From: Eledone cirrhosa
Taxonomy: Eukaryota
Direction of reading: 5' to 3'
NCBI GenBank assembly: GCA_964016885.1
Contig: OZ024743.1
Location: 4,898,001-4,962,000 of the forward strand
Length of the DNA stretch: 64,000 nt
The translations under genes and the position numbers were made by a program. Within the stretch, counting starts at the first letter, position 1. Each line of letters opens with the position of its first letter. Positions 39,000 to 56,000 of the stretch are shown here, piece after piece. The notes below the pieces were generated by a model, which saw only the letters and a program-made list of their open reading frames with translations, ran no database searches and was not told where the DNA came from.

Positions 39000-39179
39000 A
39001 TCGTACACACATAACGCAGGCGAATACATACTCCTTCAATAAACACACACATTAACTGGAGTGATATTGTGGTGGTGTAGGTGTAGATGTAGTGGAGTGG
39101 TGGGGAGTGGAGGCAAACACACATCTGCCCAGAAATTCCGCATAATTCATCATTGAAATAAATTAACAATAATAGAGCC

Positions 39180-39592
<413 letters not shown>

Positions 39593-39892
39593 TAAATCTT
39601 TCAAATCACAATTCTCACCGTCTTTTAAAAGAACACAATGAAATAATGTAGCCCTGGGTTCCTTGCACATAGGAAAATATACGGAGTGGTCACAGCTGGA
39701 ATGTCTTCGATCATGGGTCGGCTCACGATCAAGGTTGATCTGGAGCTGGTAACGACACTAATAACAACTATATTGCCAATAAACATAAGCGAAAAATGTA
39801 CTACTACCACAACACCACCACCAGAGCACTACTACTACTACTACTACTGCTACTACTGCTGCTGCTGCTACTACTACTACTACTATTACTAA

Positions 39893-40491
39893 TAATAATT
39901 GTTTCTACTTTTGGCACAAGGCCAGCAATTATGCCAGTGCATTACTGGTACTTTATTTTATCGACCACTTAAGAATGAAATGTAAAGTTAACATCGGCGG
40001 GATTTGAACTCGGGCCGTAAAGGGACGTAACTCTATGCTGGAAAGTATGGCGTCCAGCCATCTACCGATACGGCCAATCTGATTTAGGCACAAGTCCAAC
40101 AATTTTAGGGGAAATGGAAAGTCGACTAAATCGACCCCAGTGCGTTACTGGTGTTTATTTTATCGGCCCCGTAAGGGCGGGATTTGAACGCAGAACGTAA
40201 AGGGCCGTAACTCTATGCTGCAAAGTATATTGTCCGACGCTCTACCAACTCTGCCAATCCACCACCCTAATAACTGTTTCTACTTTAGGCATAAGGCCAG
40301 TAATTTGAAGGGGAGGGGGAAGTCGATTAAATCGACCCCAGTGCATGACTGGTACTTTATTTTATCGACCCCGTAAGGATGAAAGGCAAAGTTAACCTCG
40401 GCGGGATTTGAACTCATATCATAAAGGGCCGTAACACTATGCTGCAAAGCATGTTGTCCGACGCCCTACCGATACTGCCAATCTGCAGCCC
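39893..40491 (-). mobile_element. Three head-to-tail SINEs (about 39893-40080, 40083-40268, 40269-40491)
   Basis: Three repeats of the body and tRNA head, immediately before the satellite. Confidence 0.88.
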
Positions 40492-40533
40492 TTAGTCCAT
40501 GACATAATATAATAACAATATCAGCAGCAATAG

Positions 40534-41050
40534 CACTACAACCACTGCCACCACCACCACAACAACTACCACCACCACTACAACCACTGCCACCACCACT
40601 ACAACCACTGCCACCACCACCACAACAACAACCACCACCACTACAACCACTGCCACCACCACTACAACCACTGCCACCACCACCACAACAACTACCACCA
40701 CCACTACAACCACTGCCACCACCACTACAACCACTGCCACCACCACTACAACCACTGCCACCACCACTACAACCACTGCCACCACCACTACAACTACTGC
40801 CACCACCACTACAACCACTGCCACCACCACTACAACGACTGCCACCACCACTACAACCACTACAACCTCTGCCACCACCACTACAACCAACATGACTACA
40901 ACCACTACTACCACCACTACAACTACTACCACCACCACTACAACTACTACCACCACTACAACTACTACCAGCACCACTACAACTACCACCACCACCACTA
41001 CAACTACTACCACCACTACAACTACTACCACCATAACAACTACTACCACC
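40534..41050. repeat. 21-bp degenerate (ACC)-based minisatellite (ACTACAACCACTGCCACCACC) leading into the satellite
   Basis: Repeated ccaccaccactacaaccactg units, followed by accaccactacaactact units. Confidence 0.9.
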
Positions 41051-44000
41051 ACCCTACCATCACCACTACCATCACCACTACCATCACCACTACCATCACC
41101 ACTACCATCACCACTACCATCACCACTACAATCATCACTACCATCACCACTACAATCATCACTACCATCACCACCACCATCACCACTACCATCAACACTA
41201 CCATCACCACTACCACCACCACTACCATCACCACTACCATCACCACTACCATCACCACTACCATCACGACCATCACCACCACCATCAACACTACCATCAC
41301 CACTACCATCATCACTACCATCACGACCATCACCACCACCATCAACACTACCATCACCACTACCATCACCACTACCATCATCACTACCATCACCACTACC
41401 ATCACCACTACCATCACCACTACCATCACCACTACCATCACCACTACCATCATCACTACCATCACCACTACCATCAACACTACCACCACCACTACCATCA
41501 ACACTACCATCACCACTACCATCACCACTACCATCATCACTACCATCACCACTACCATCACCACCACCATCACCACTACCATCAACACTACCATCACCAC
41601 CACCATCACCACTACCATCACCACTACCATCACCACCACCATCAACACTACCATAACCACCACCATCAACACTACCATCACCACTACCATCACCACCACC
41701 ATCACCACCACCATCATCACTACCATCACCACTACCATCACCACTACCATCAACACTACCATCACCACTACCATCATCACTACCATCATCACTACCACCA
41801 CCACTACCATCATCACTACCATCGCTACCATCATCACTACCATCACCACTACCATCATCACTACCATCATCACTACCACCACCACTACCATCAACACTAC
41901 CATCATCACTACCACCACCACTACCATCATCACTACCATCTCTACCATCATCACTACCATCACCACTACCATCATCACTACCATCATCACTACCGCCACC
42001 ACTACCATCAACACTACCATCATCACTACCATCACCACTACCATCATCACTACCACCACCACTACCATCACCACTACCATCATCACTACCATCACCACCA
42101 CCATCACCACTACCATCACCACTACAATCATCACTACCATCACCACCACCATCACCACCACCATCACCACTACAATCATCACTACCATCATCACTACCAT
42201 CACCACTACCATCACCACTACCATCATCACTACAATCATCACTACCATCAACACCACCATCACCACTACCATCATCACTACCATCAACACTACCATCACC
42301 ACTACCATCAACACTACCATCACCACTACCATCAACACTACCATCACCACTACCATCAACACTACCATCACCACTACCATCATCACTACCATCACCACTA
42401 CCATCATCACTACAATCATCACTACCATCAACACTACCATCACCACCACCATCACCACTACAATCATCACTACCATCACCACTACCATCAACACTACCAT
42501 CACCACCACCATCACCACTACAATCATCACTACCATCACCACTACCATCATCACTACCATCACCACTACCATCATCACTACCATCACCACTACCATCAAC
42601 ACTACCATCACCACCACCATCACTACTACAATCATCACTACCATCAACACTACCATCATCACTACCATCAACACTACCATCACCACCACCATCACCACTA
42701 CAATCATCACTACCATCACCACTACCATCACCACTACCATCAACACTACCATCATCACTACCATCAACACTACCATCACCACTACCATCACCACTACCAT
42801 CACCACTACCATCACCACTACCATCACCACTACCATCATCACTACCATCACCACCACCATCACCACTAAAATCAACACTACCATCATCACTACCATCATC
42901 ACTACCATCATCACTACCACCACCACTACCATCACCACCACCATCACCACTAAAATCAACACTACCATCATCACTACCATCATCACTACCATCATCACTA
43001 CCACCACGACTACCATCATCACTACCATCATCACTACCATCAACACCACCATCACCACTACTACCACCACTACCATCAACACTACCATCAACACTACCAT
43101 CACCACCACCATCACCACTACCACCATCACGACCATCACCACCACCATCAACACTACCATCACCACTACCATCATCACTACCATCACCACTACCATCACC
43201 ACTACCATCATCACTACCATCACCACCACCATCACCACTAAAATCAACACTACCATCATCACTACCATCACGACCATCACGACCACCATCAACACTACCA
43301 TCACCACTACCATCACCACTACCATCACCACTACCATCACCACTACCATCACCACTACCATCACCACTACCATCATCACTACCATCACCACCACCATCAC
43401 CACTAAAATCAACACTACCATCATCACTACCATCACGACCATCACCACTACCATCACCACTACCATCACCACTACCATCACCACTACCATCACCACTACC
43501 ATCACCACTACCATCACCACTACCATCATCACTACCATCACCACTACCATCACCACCACCATCACCACTACCATCAACACTACCATCACCACCACCATCA
43601 ACACTACCATCACCACTACCATCACCACTACCATCACCACTACCATCACCACTACCATCACGACCATCAGCACCACCATCAACACTACCATCACCACTAC
43701 CATCATCACTACCATCACGACCATCACCACCACCATCAACACTACCATCACCACTACCATCACCACTACCATCATCACTACCATCACCACTACCATCACC
43801 ACTACCATCACCACTACCGTCACCACTACCATCACCACTACCATCATCACTACCATCACCACTACCATCACCACCACCATCACCACTACCATCAACACTA
43901 CCATCACCACCACCATCACCACTACCATCACCACTACCATCACCACCACCATCAACACTACCATCACCACTACCATCACCACTACCACCACCACTACCAT

Positions 44001-47000
44001 CAACACTACCATCATCACTACCATCACCACTACCATCACCACCACCATCACCACTACCATCAACACTACCATCACCACCACCATCACCACTACCATCACC
44101 ACTACCATCACCACCACCATCAACACTACCATCACCACCACCATTAACACTACCATCACCACTACCATCACCACCACCATCACCATCACCATCATCACTA
44201 CCATCACCACTACCATCACCACTACCATCACCACTACCATCACCACTACCATCACCACTACAATCATCACTACCATCATCACTACCATCACCACCACCAT
44301 CACCACTACCATCATCACTACCATCAACACTACCATCACCACTACCATCACCACTACCATTACCACTACCATCATCACTACCATCACCACTACCATCATC
44401 ACTACCATCATCACTACCACCACCACTACCATCACCACCACCATCATCTCTACTATCAACACTAAAATCATCACTACCATCACCACTACCATCACCAACA
44501 CCATCACCACTACCATCACCACTACCATCACCACTACCATCATCACTACCATCACCACCACCATCACCACCACCATCACCACTACCATCACCACTACCAT
44601 CACCACTACCATCACCACTACCATCATCACTACCATCATCACTACCATCACCACTACCATCACCACCACCATCAACACTACCATCACCACCACCATCAAC
44701 ACTACCATGACCACCACCATCAACACTACCATCACCACCAACATCAACACTACCATCATCACTACCATCACCACCAACATCAACACTACCATCATCACTA
44801 CCATCACCACTACCATCATCACTACCATCATCACCACCATCACCACTACCATCAACACTACCATCACCACTACCATCACCACTACCATCAACACTACCAT
44901 CAACACTACCATCACCACCACCATCAACACTACCATCACCACTACCATCACCACTACCATCACCGCCACCATCAACACTACCATCACCACTACCATCAAC
45001 ACTACCATCAACACTACCATTAACACTACCATCAATACTACCATCACCACCACCATCAACACTACCATCAACACTACCATCAACACTACCATCACCACCA
45101 CCATCAACACTACCATCACCACTACCATCACCACCACCATCAACACTACCATCACCACTACCATCAACACTACCATCAACACTACCATCAACACTACCAT
45201 CACCACTACCATCACCACCACCATCAACACTACCATCACCACTACCATCACCACTACCATCACCACTACCATCACCACCACCATCAACACTACCATCATC
45301 AACTACCATCACCACCACCATCAACACTACCATCACCACTACCATCACCACCACCATCACCACTACCATCACCACTACCATCAACACTACCATCACCACT
45401 ACCATCAACACTACCATCACCACTACCATCAACACTACCATCACCACTACCATCAACACTACCATCAACACTACCATCACCACCACCATCAACACTACCA
45501 TCACCACTACCATCAACACTACCATCACCACTACCATCACCACTACCATCACCACTACCATCACCACCACCATCAACACTACCATCAACACTACCATCAC
45601 CACTACCATCACCACCACCATCAACACTACCATCAACACTACCATCAACACTACCATCAACACTACCATCAACACTACCATCACCACCACCATCAACACT
45701 ACCATCAACACTACCATCACCACTACCATCACCACCACCATCAACACTACCATCAACACTACCATCACCACTACCATCACCACCACCATCAACACTACCA
45801 TCAACACTACCATCAACACTACCATCACCACTACCATCAACACTACCATCAACACTACCATCACCACCACCATCAACACTACCATCAACACTACCATCAC
45901 CACCACCATCAACACTACCATCACCACTACCATCACCACTACCATCACCACTACCATCACCACCACCATCAACACTACCATCACCACTACCATCACCACT
46001 ACCATCAACACTACCATCACCACTACCATCACCACCACCATCACCACTACCATCACCACTACCATCAACACTACCATCACCACTACCATCAACACTACCA
46101 TCACCATTACCATCAACACTACCATCACCACTACCATCAACACTACCATCAACACTACCATCACCACCACCATCAACACTACCATCACCACTACCATCAA
46201 CACTACCATCACCACTACCATCACCACTACCATCACCACTACCATCACCACCACCATCAACACTACCATCAACACTACCATCACCACTACCATCACCACC
46301 ACCATCAACACTACCATCACCACTACCATCACCACCACCATCAACACTACCATCAACACTACCATCACCACTACCATCACCACCACCATCAACACTACCA
46401 TCAACGCTACCATCAACACTACCATCAACACTACCATCACCACCACCATCAACACTACCATCAACACTACCATCACCACCACCATCAACACTACCATCAA
46501 CACTACCATCAACACTACCATCAACACTACCATCACCACTACCATCAACACTACCATCACCACTACCATCAACCCTACCATCAACACTACCATCACCACC
46601 ACCATCAACACTACCATCACCACCACCATCAACACTACCATCAACACTACCATAACCACTACCATCAACACTACCATCACCACTACCATCACCACTACCT
46701 TCACCACCACCATCACCACTACCATCACCACCACCATCAACACTACCATCACCATCACTACCATCAACACTAACATCACCACTACCATCAACACTACCAT
46801 CACCACTACCATAAACACTACCATCAACACTACCATCACCACCACCATCACCACTACCATCACCACTACCATCACCACTACCATCACCACTACCATCAAC
46901 ATTACCATCACCACTACCATCACCACCACCATCACCACTACCATCAACACTACCATCAACACTACCATCACCACTACGATCACCACTACCATCACCACCA

Positions 47001-50000
47001 CCATCAACACTACCATCACCACCACCATCACCACCACCATCAACACTACCATCACCACTACCATCACCACTACCATCACCACTACCATCACCACCACCAT
47101 CAACACTACCATCACCACCACCATCACCACTACCATCACCACTACCATCACCACCACCATCAACCTCTACCATCAACACTACCATCACCACTACCATCAC
47201 CACTACCATCACCACTACCATCAACACTACCATCACCACTACCATCAACACTACCATCACCACTACCATCACCACTACCATCACCGATACCATCACCACT
47301 ACCATCAACACTACCATCAACACTACCATCAACACTACCATCAACACTACCATCAACACTACCATCACCACTACCATCACCACTACCATCACCACTACCA
47401 TCAACACTACCATCATCACTACCATCATCACTACCATCACCACTACCATCACCACTACCATCACCACTACCATCACCACTACCATCACCACTACCATCAC
47501 CACTACCATCACCACTACCATCACCACTACCATCACCACTACCATCACCACTACCATCAACACTACCATCAACACTACCATCAACACTACCATCAACACT
47601 ACCATCAACACTACCATCAACACCTCCATCACCACTACCATCAACACTACCATCAACACTACCATCACCACTACCATCATCACTACCATCATCACTACCA
47701 TCACCACTACCATCAACACTACCATCACCACTACCATCACCACTACCATCACCACTACCATCACCACTACCATCACCACTACCATCAACACTACCATCAA
47801 CACTACCATCAACACTACCATCAACACTACCATCAACACTACCATCACCACTACCATCACCACTACCATCACCACTACCATCAACACTACCATCATCACT
47901 ACCATCACCACTACCATCACCACTACCATCACCACTACCATCACCACTACCATCAACACTACCATCACCACTACCATCACCACTACCATCACCACTACCA
48001 TCAACACTACCATCACGACCACCATCACCACTACCATCAACACTACCATCACCACTACCATCAACACTACCATCAACACTACCAACAACACTACCATCAC
48101 CACTACCATCACCACTACCATCACCACTACCATCAACACTACCATCAACACTACCATCACCACTACCATCATCACTACCATCATCACTACCATCACCACT
48201 ACCATCAACACTACCATCACCACTACCATCACCACTACCATCACCACTACCATCAACACTACCATCAACACTACCATCACCACTACCATCACCACTACCA
48301 TCAACACTACCATCAACACTACCATCACCACTACCATCACCACTACCATCACCACTACCATCAACACTACCATCACCACTACCATCAACACTACCATCAA
48401 CACTACCAACAACACTACCATCACCACTACCATCACCACTACCATCACCACTACCATCACCACTACCATCAACACTACCATCACCACTACCATCAACACT
48501 ACCATCAACACTACCATCAACACTACCATCACCACCACCATCAACACTACCATCAACACTACCATCAACACTACCATCAACACTACCATCAACACTACCA
48601 TCAACACTACCATCACCACCACCATCAACACTACCATCAACACTACCATCAACACTACCATCAACACTACCATCAACACTACCATCACCACCACCATCAA
48701 CACTACCATCAACACTACCATCACCACTACCATCAACACTACCATCATCACTACCATCACCACTACCATCACCACCACCATCAACACTACCATCACCACC
48801 ACCATCAACACTACCATCACCACCACCATCAACACTACCATCACCACTACCATCAACACTACCATCAACACTACCATCAACACTACCATCAACACTACCA
48901 TCACCACTACCATCATTACTACCATCACCACTACCATCACCACCACCATCAACACTACCATCACCACCACCATCAACACTACCATCACCACCACCATCAA
49001 CACTACCATGACCACCACCATGAACACTACCATCACCACTACCATCATCACTACCATCACCACTACCATCACCACCACCATCAACACTACCATCACCACC
49101 ACCATCAACACTACCATGACCACCACCATCAACACTACCATCACCACTACCATCAACACTACCATCACCACTACCATCATCACTACCATCACCACTACCA
49201 TCACCACCACCATCAACACTACCATCACCACCACCATCAACACTACCATGACCACCACCATCAACACTACCATCACCACTACCATCAACACTACCATCAC
49301 CACTACCATCATCACTACCATCACCACTACCATCACCACCACCATCAACACTACCATCACCACTACCATCACCACTACCATCACCACCACCATCAACACT
49401 ACCATGACCACCACCATCAACACCACCATCACCACTACCATCAACACTACCATCACCACTACCATCAACACTACCATCAACACTACCATCACCACTACCA
49501 TCAACACTACCATCATCACTACCATCACCACTACCATCACCACCACCATCAACACTACCATCACCACCACCATCAACACTACTATCACCACCACCATCAA
49601 CACTACCATCACCACTACCATCAACACTACCATCAACACTACCATGAACAGTACCATCAACACTACCATCACCACTACCATCATTACTACCATCACCACT
49701 ACCATCACCACCACCATCAACACTACCATCACCACCACCATCAACACTACCATCACCACTTCCATCAACACTACCATCACCACTACCATCATCACTACCA
49801 TCACCACTACCATCACCACCACCATCAACACTACCATAACCACCACCATCAACACTACCATCACCACTTCCATCAACACTACCATCACCACTACCATCAT
49901 CACTACCATCACCACTACCATCACCGCCACCATCAACACTACCATCACCACCACCATCAACACTACCATGACCACCACCATCAACGCTACCATCACCACT

Positions 50001-53000
50001 ACCATCAACACTACCATCACCACTACCATCATCACTACCATCACCACTACCATCACCACCACCATCAACACTACCATCACCACCACCATCAACACTACCA
50101 TGACCACCACCATCAACACTACCATCACCACTACCATCAACACTACCATCACTACTACCATCATCACTACCATCACTACTACCATCACCACCACCATCAA
50201 CACTACCATCACCACCACCATCAAAACTACCATGACCACCACCATCACCACTACCATCACCACTACCATCACCACCACCATCACCACTACCATCACCACT
50301 ACCATCACCACTACCATCAACACTACCATCACCACTACCATCATCACTACCATCACCACTACCATCACCACCACCATCAACACTACCATCACCACTACCA
50401 TCACCACTACCATCACCACCACCATCACCACTACCATCAACACTACCATCACCACTACCATCACCACCACCATCACCACTACCATCACCACCACCATCAC
50501 CACTACCATCACCACCACCATCACCACTACCATCACCACTACCATCAACACTACCATCAACACTACCATCGCCACCACCATCAACACTACCATCACCACT
50601 ACCATCACCACCACCATCACCACCACCATCAACACTACCATCACCACTACCATCACCACCACCATCACCACTACCATCACCACTACCATCACCACTACCA
50701 TCAACACTACCATCACCACTACCATCAACACTACCATCACCACTACCATCACCACCTCCATCAACACTACCATCACCACCACCATCATCACTACCATCAC
50801 CACTACCATCACCGCCACCATCAACACTACCATCACCACCACCATCAACACTACCATCACCACTACCATCACCACTACCATCACCACTACCATCAACACT
50901 ACCATCACCACTACCATCACCACCACCATCAACACTACCATCACCAGCACCATCATCACTACCATCACCACTACCATCACCACTACCATCAACACTACCA
51001 TCACCACTACCATCAACACTACCATCAACACTACCATCACCACTACCATCACCACCACCATCAACACTACCATCACCACCACCATCAACACTACCATCAC
51101 CACCACCATCAACACTACCACCACCACTACCATCAACACTACCATCAACACTACCATCAACACTACCATCAACACTACCATCACCACTACCATCATTACT
51201 ACCTTCACCACTACCATCCCCACCACCATCAACACTACCATCACCACCACCATCAACACTACCATCACCACCACCATCAACACTACCATGACCACCACCA
51301 TCAACACTACCATCACCACTACCATCAACACTACCATCACCACTACCATCATCACTACCATCACCTCTACCATCACCACCACCATCAACACTACCATCAC
51401 CACCACCATCAACACTACCATGACCACCACCATCAACTCTAACATCACCACTACCATCAACACTACCATCACCACTACCATCATCACTACCATCACCACT
51501 ACCATCACCACCACCATCAACACTACCATCACCACCACCATCAACACTACCATGACCACCACCATCAACTCTACCATCACCACTACCATCAACACTACCA
51601 TCACCACTACCATCATCACTACCATCACCACTACCATCACCACCACCATCAACACTACCATCACCACCACCATCAACACTACCATGACCACCACCATCAA
51701 CACTACCATCACCACTACCATCAACACTACCATCACCACTACCATCATCACTACCATCACTACTACCATCACCACCACCATCAACACTACCATCACCACT
51801 ACCATCAACACTACCATCACCACTACCATCATCACTACCATCACCACTACCATCACCACCACCATCAACACTACCATCACCACTACCATCACCACTACCA
51901 TCACCACCACCATCACCACTACCATCAACACTACCATCACCACTACCATCACCACCACCATCACCACTACCATCACCACTACCATCAACACTACCATCAA
52001 CACTACCATCGCCACCACCATCAACACTACCATCACCACTACCATCACCACTACCATCACCACCACCATCAACACTACCATCACCACTACCATCACCACC
52101 ACCATCACCACTACCATCACTACTACCATCACCACTACCATCAACACTACCATCACCACTACCATCAACACTACCATCACCACTACCATCACCACCACCA
52201 TCAACACTACCATCACCACCACCATCATCACTACCATCACCACTACCATCACCGCCACCATCAACACTACCATCACCACCACCATCAACACTACCATCAC
52301 CACTACCATCACCACTACCATCAACACTACCATCACCACTACCATCACCACCACCATCAACACTACCATCACCAGCACCATCATCACTACCATCACCACT
52401 ACCATCACCACTACCATCAACACTACCATCACCACTACCATCAACACTACCATCAACACTACCATCACCACTACCATCACCACCACCATCAACACTACCA
52501 TCACCACCACCATCAACACTACCATCACCACCACCATCAACACTACCATCACCACTACCATCAACACTACCATCAACACTACCATCAACACTACCATCAA
52601 CACTACCATCACCACTACCATCATTACTACCATCACCACTACCATCACCACCACCATCAACACTACCATCACCACCACCATCAACACTACCATCACCACC
52701 ACCATCAACACTACCATGACCACCACCATCAACACTACCATCACCTCTACCATCAACACTACCATCACCACTACCATCATCACTACCATCACCACTACCA
52801 TCACCACCACCATCACCACTACCATGACCACCACCATCAACTCTACCATCACCACTACCATCAACACTACCATCACCACTACCATCATCACTACCATCAC
52901 CACTACCATCACCACCACCATCACCACTACCATCAACACTACCATCACCACTACCATCATCACTACCATCACCACTACCATCACCACCACCATCAACACT

Positions 53001-56000
53001 ACCATCACCACCACCATCAACACTACCATGACCACCACCATCAACTCTACCATCACCACTACCATCAACACTACCATCACCACTACCATCATCACTACCA
53101 TCACCACTACCATCACCACCACCATCAACACTACCATCACCACCACCATCAACACTACCATGACCACCACCATCAACACTACCATCACCACTACCATCAA
53201 CACTACCATCACCACTACCATCATCACTACCATCACTACTACCATCACCACCACCATCAACACTACCATCACCACCACCATCAAAACTACCATGACCACC
53301 ACCATCAACACTACCATCACCACTACCATCGCCACCACCATCAACACTACCATCACCACTACCATCACCACTACCATCACCACCACCATCAACACTACCA
53401 TCACCACTACCATCACCACCACCATCACCACTACCATCACCACTACCATCACCACTACCATCAACACTACCATCACCACTACCATCAACACTACCATCAC
53501 CACTACCATCACCACCACCATCAACACTACCATCACCACCACCATCATCACTACCATCACCACTACCATCACCGCCACCATCAACACTACCATCACCACC
53601 ACCATCAACACTACCATCACCACTACAATCACCACTACCATCACCACCACCATCAACACTACCATCACCACTACCATCACCACTACCATCAACACTACCA
53701 TCACCACTACTATCACCACCACCATCAACACTACCATCACCAGCACCATCATCACTACCATGACCACCACCATCAACACCACCATCACCACTACCATCAA
53801 CACTACCATCACCACTACCATCAACACTACCATCAACACTACCATCACCACTACCATCAACACTACCATCATCACTACCATCACCACTACCATCACCACC
53901 ACCATCAACACTACTATCACCACCACCATCAACACTACCATCACCACTACCATCAACACTACCATCAACACTACCATGAACACTACCATCAACACTACCA
54001 TGAACACTACCATCAACACTACCATCACCACTACCATCATTACTACCATCACCACTACCATCACCACCACCATCAACACTACCATCACCACCACCATCAA
54101 CACTACCATCACCACTTCCATCAACACTACCATCACCACTACCATCATCACTACCATCACCACTACCATCACCACCACCATCAACACTACCATGACCACC
54201 ACCATCAACACTACCATCACCACTTCCATCAACACTACCATCACCACTACCATCATCACTACCATCACCACTACCATCACCGCCACCATCAACACTACCA
54301 TCACCACCACCATCAACACTACCATGACCACCACCATCAACGCTACCATCACCACTACCATCAACACTACCATCACCACTACCATCATCACTACCATCAC
54401 CACTACCATCACCACCACCATCAACACTACCATCACCACCACCATCAACACTACCATGACCACCACCATCAACACTACCATCACCACTACCATCAACACT
54501 ACCATCACTACTACCATCATCACTACCATCACTACTACCATCACCACCACCATCAACACTACCATCACCACCACCATCAAAACTACCATGACCACCACCA
54601 TCACCACTACCATCACCACTACCATCACCACCACCATCACCACTACCATCACCACTACCATCACCACTACCATCAACACTACCATCACCACTACCATCAT
54701 CACTACCATCACCACTACCATCACCACCACCATCAACACTACCATCACCACTACCATCACCACTACCATCACCACCACCATCACCACTACCATCACCACC
54801 ACCATCACCACTACCATCACCACTACCATCACCACTACCATCAACACTACCATCACCACTACCATCAACACTACCATCACCACTACCATCACCACCTCCA
54901 TCAACACTACCATCACCACCACCATCATCACTACCATCACCACTACCATCACCGCCACCATCAACACTACCATCACCACCACCATCAACACTACCATCAC
55001 CACTACCATCACCACTACCATCACCACCACCATCAACACTACCATCACCAGCACCATCATCACTACCATCACCACTACCATCACCACTACCATCAACACT
55101 ACCATCACCACTACCATCAACACTACCATCAACACTACCATCACCACTACCATCACCACCACCATCAACACTACCATCACCACCACCATCAACACTACCA
55201 TCACCACCACCATCAACACTACCACCACCACTACCATCAACACTACCATCAACACTACCATCAACACTACCATCAACACTACCATCACCACTACCATCAT
55301 TACTACCTTCACCACTACCATCACCACCACCATCAACACTACCATCACCACCACCATCAACACTACCATCACCACCACCATCAACACTACCATGACCACC
55401 ACCATCAACACTACCATCACCACTACCATCAACACTACCATCACCACTACCATCATCACTACCATCACCTCTACCATCACCACCACCATCAACACTACCA
55501 TCACCACCACCATCAACACTACCATGACCACCACCATCAACTCTAACATCACCACTACCATCAACACTACCATCACCACTACCATCATCACTACCATCAC
55601 CACTACTATCACCACCACCATCAACACTACCATCACCACCACCATCAACACTACCATGACCACCACCATCAACTCTACCATCACCACTACCATCAACACT
55701 ACCATCACCACTACCATCATCACTACCATCACCACTACCATCACCACCACCATCAACACTACCATCACCACCACCATCAACACTACCATGACCACCACCA
55801 TCAACACTACCATCACCACTACCATCAACACTACCATCACCACTACCATCATCACTACCATCACTACTACCATCACCACCACCATCAACACTACCATCAC
55901 CACTACCATCAACACTACCATCACCACTACCATCATCACTACCATCACCACTACCATCACCACCACCATCAACACTACCATCACCACTACCATCACCACT

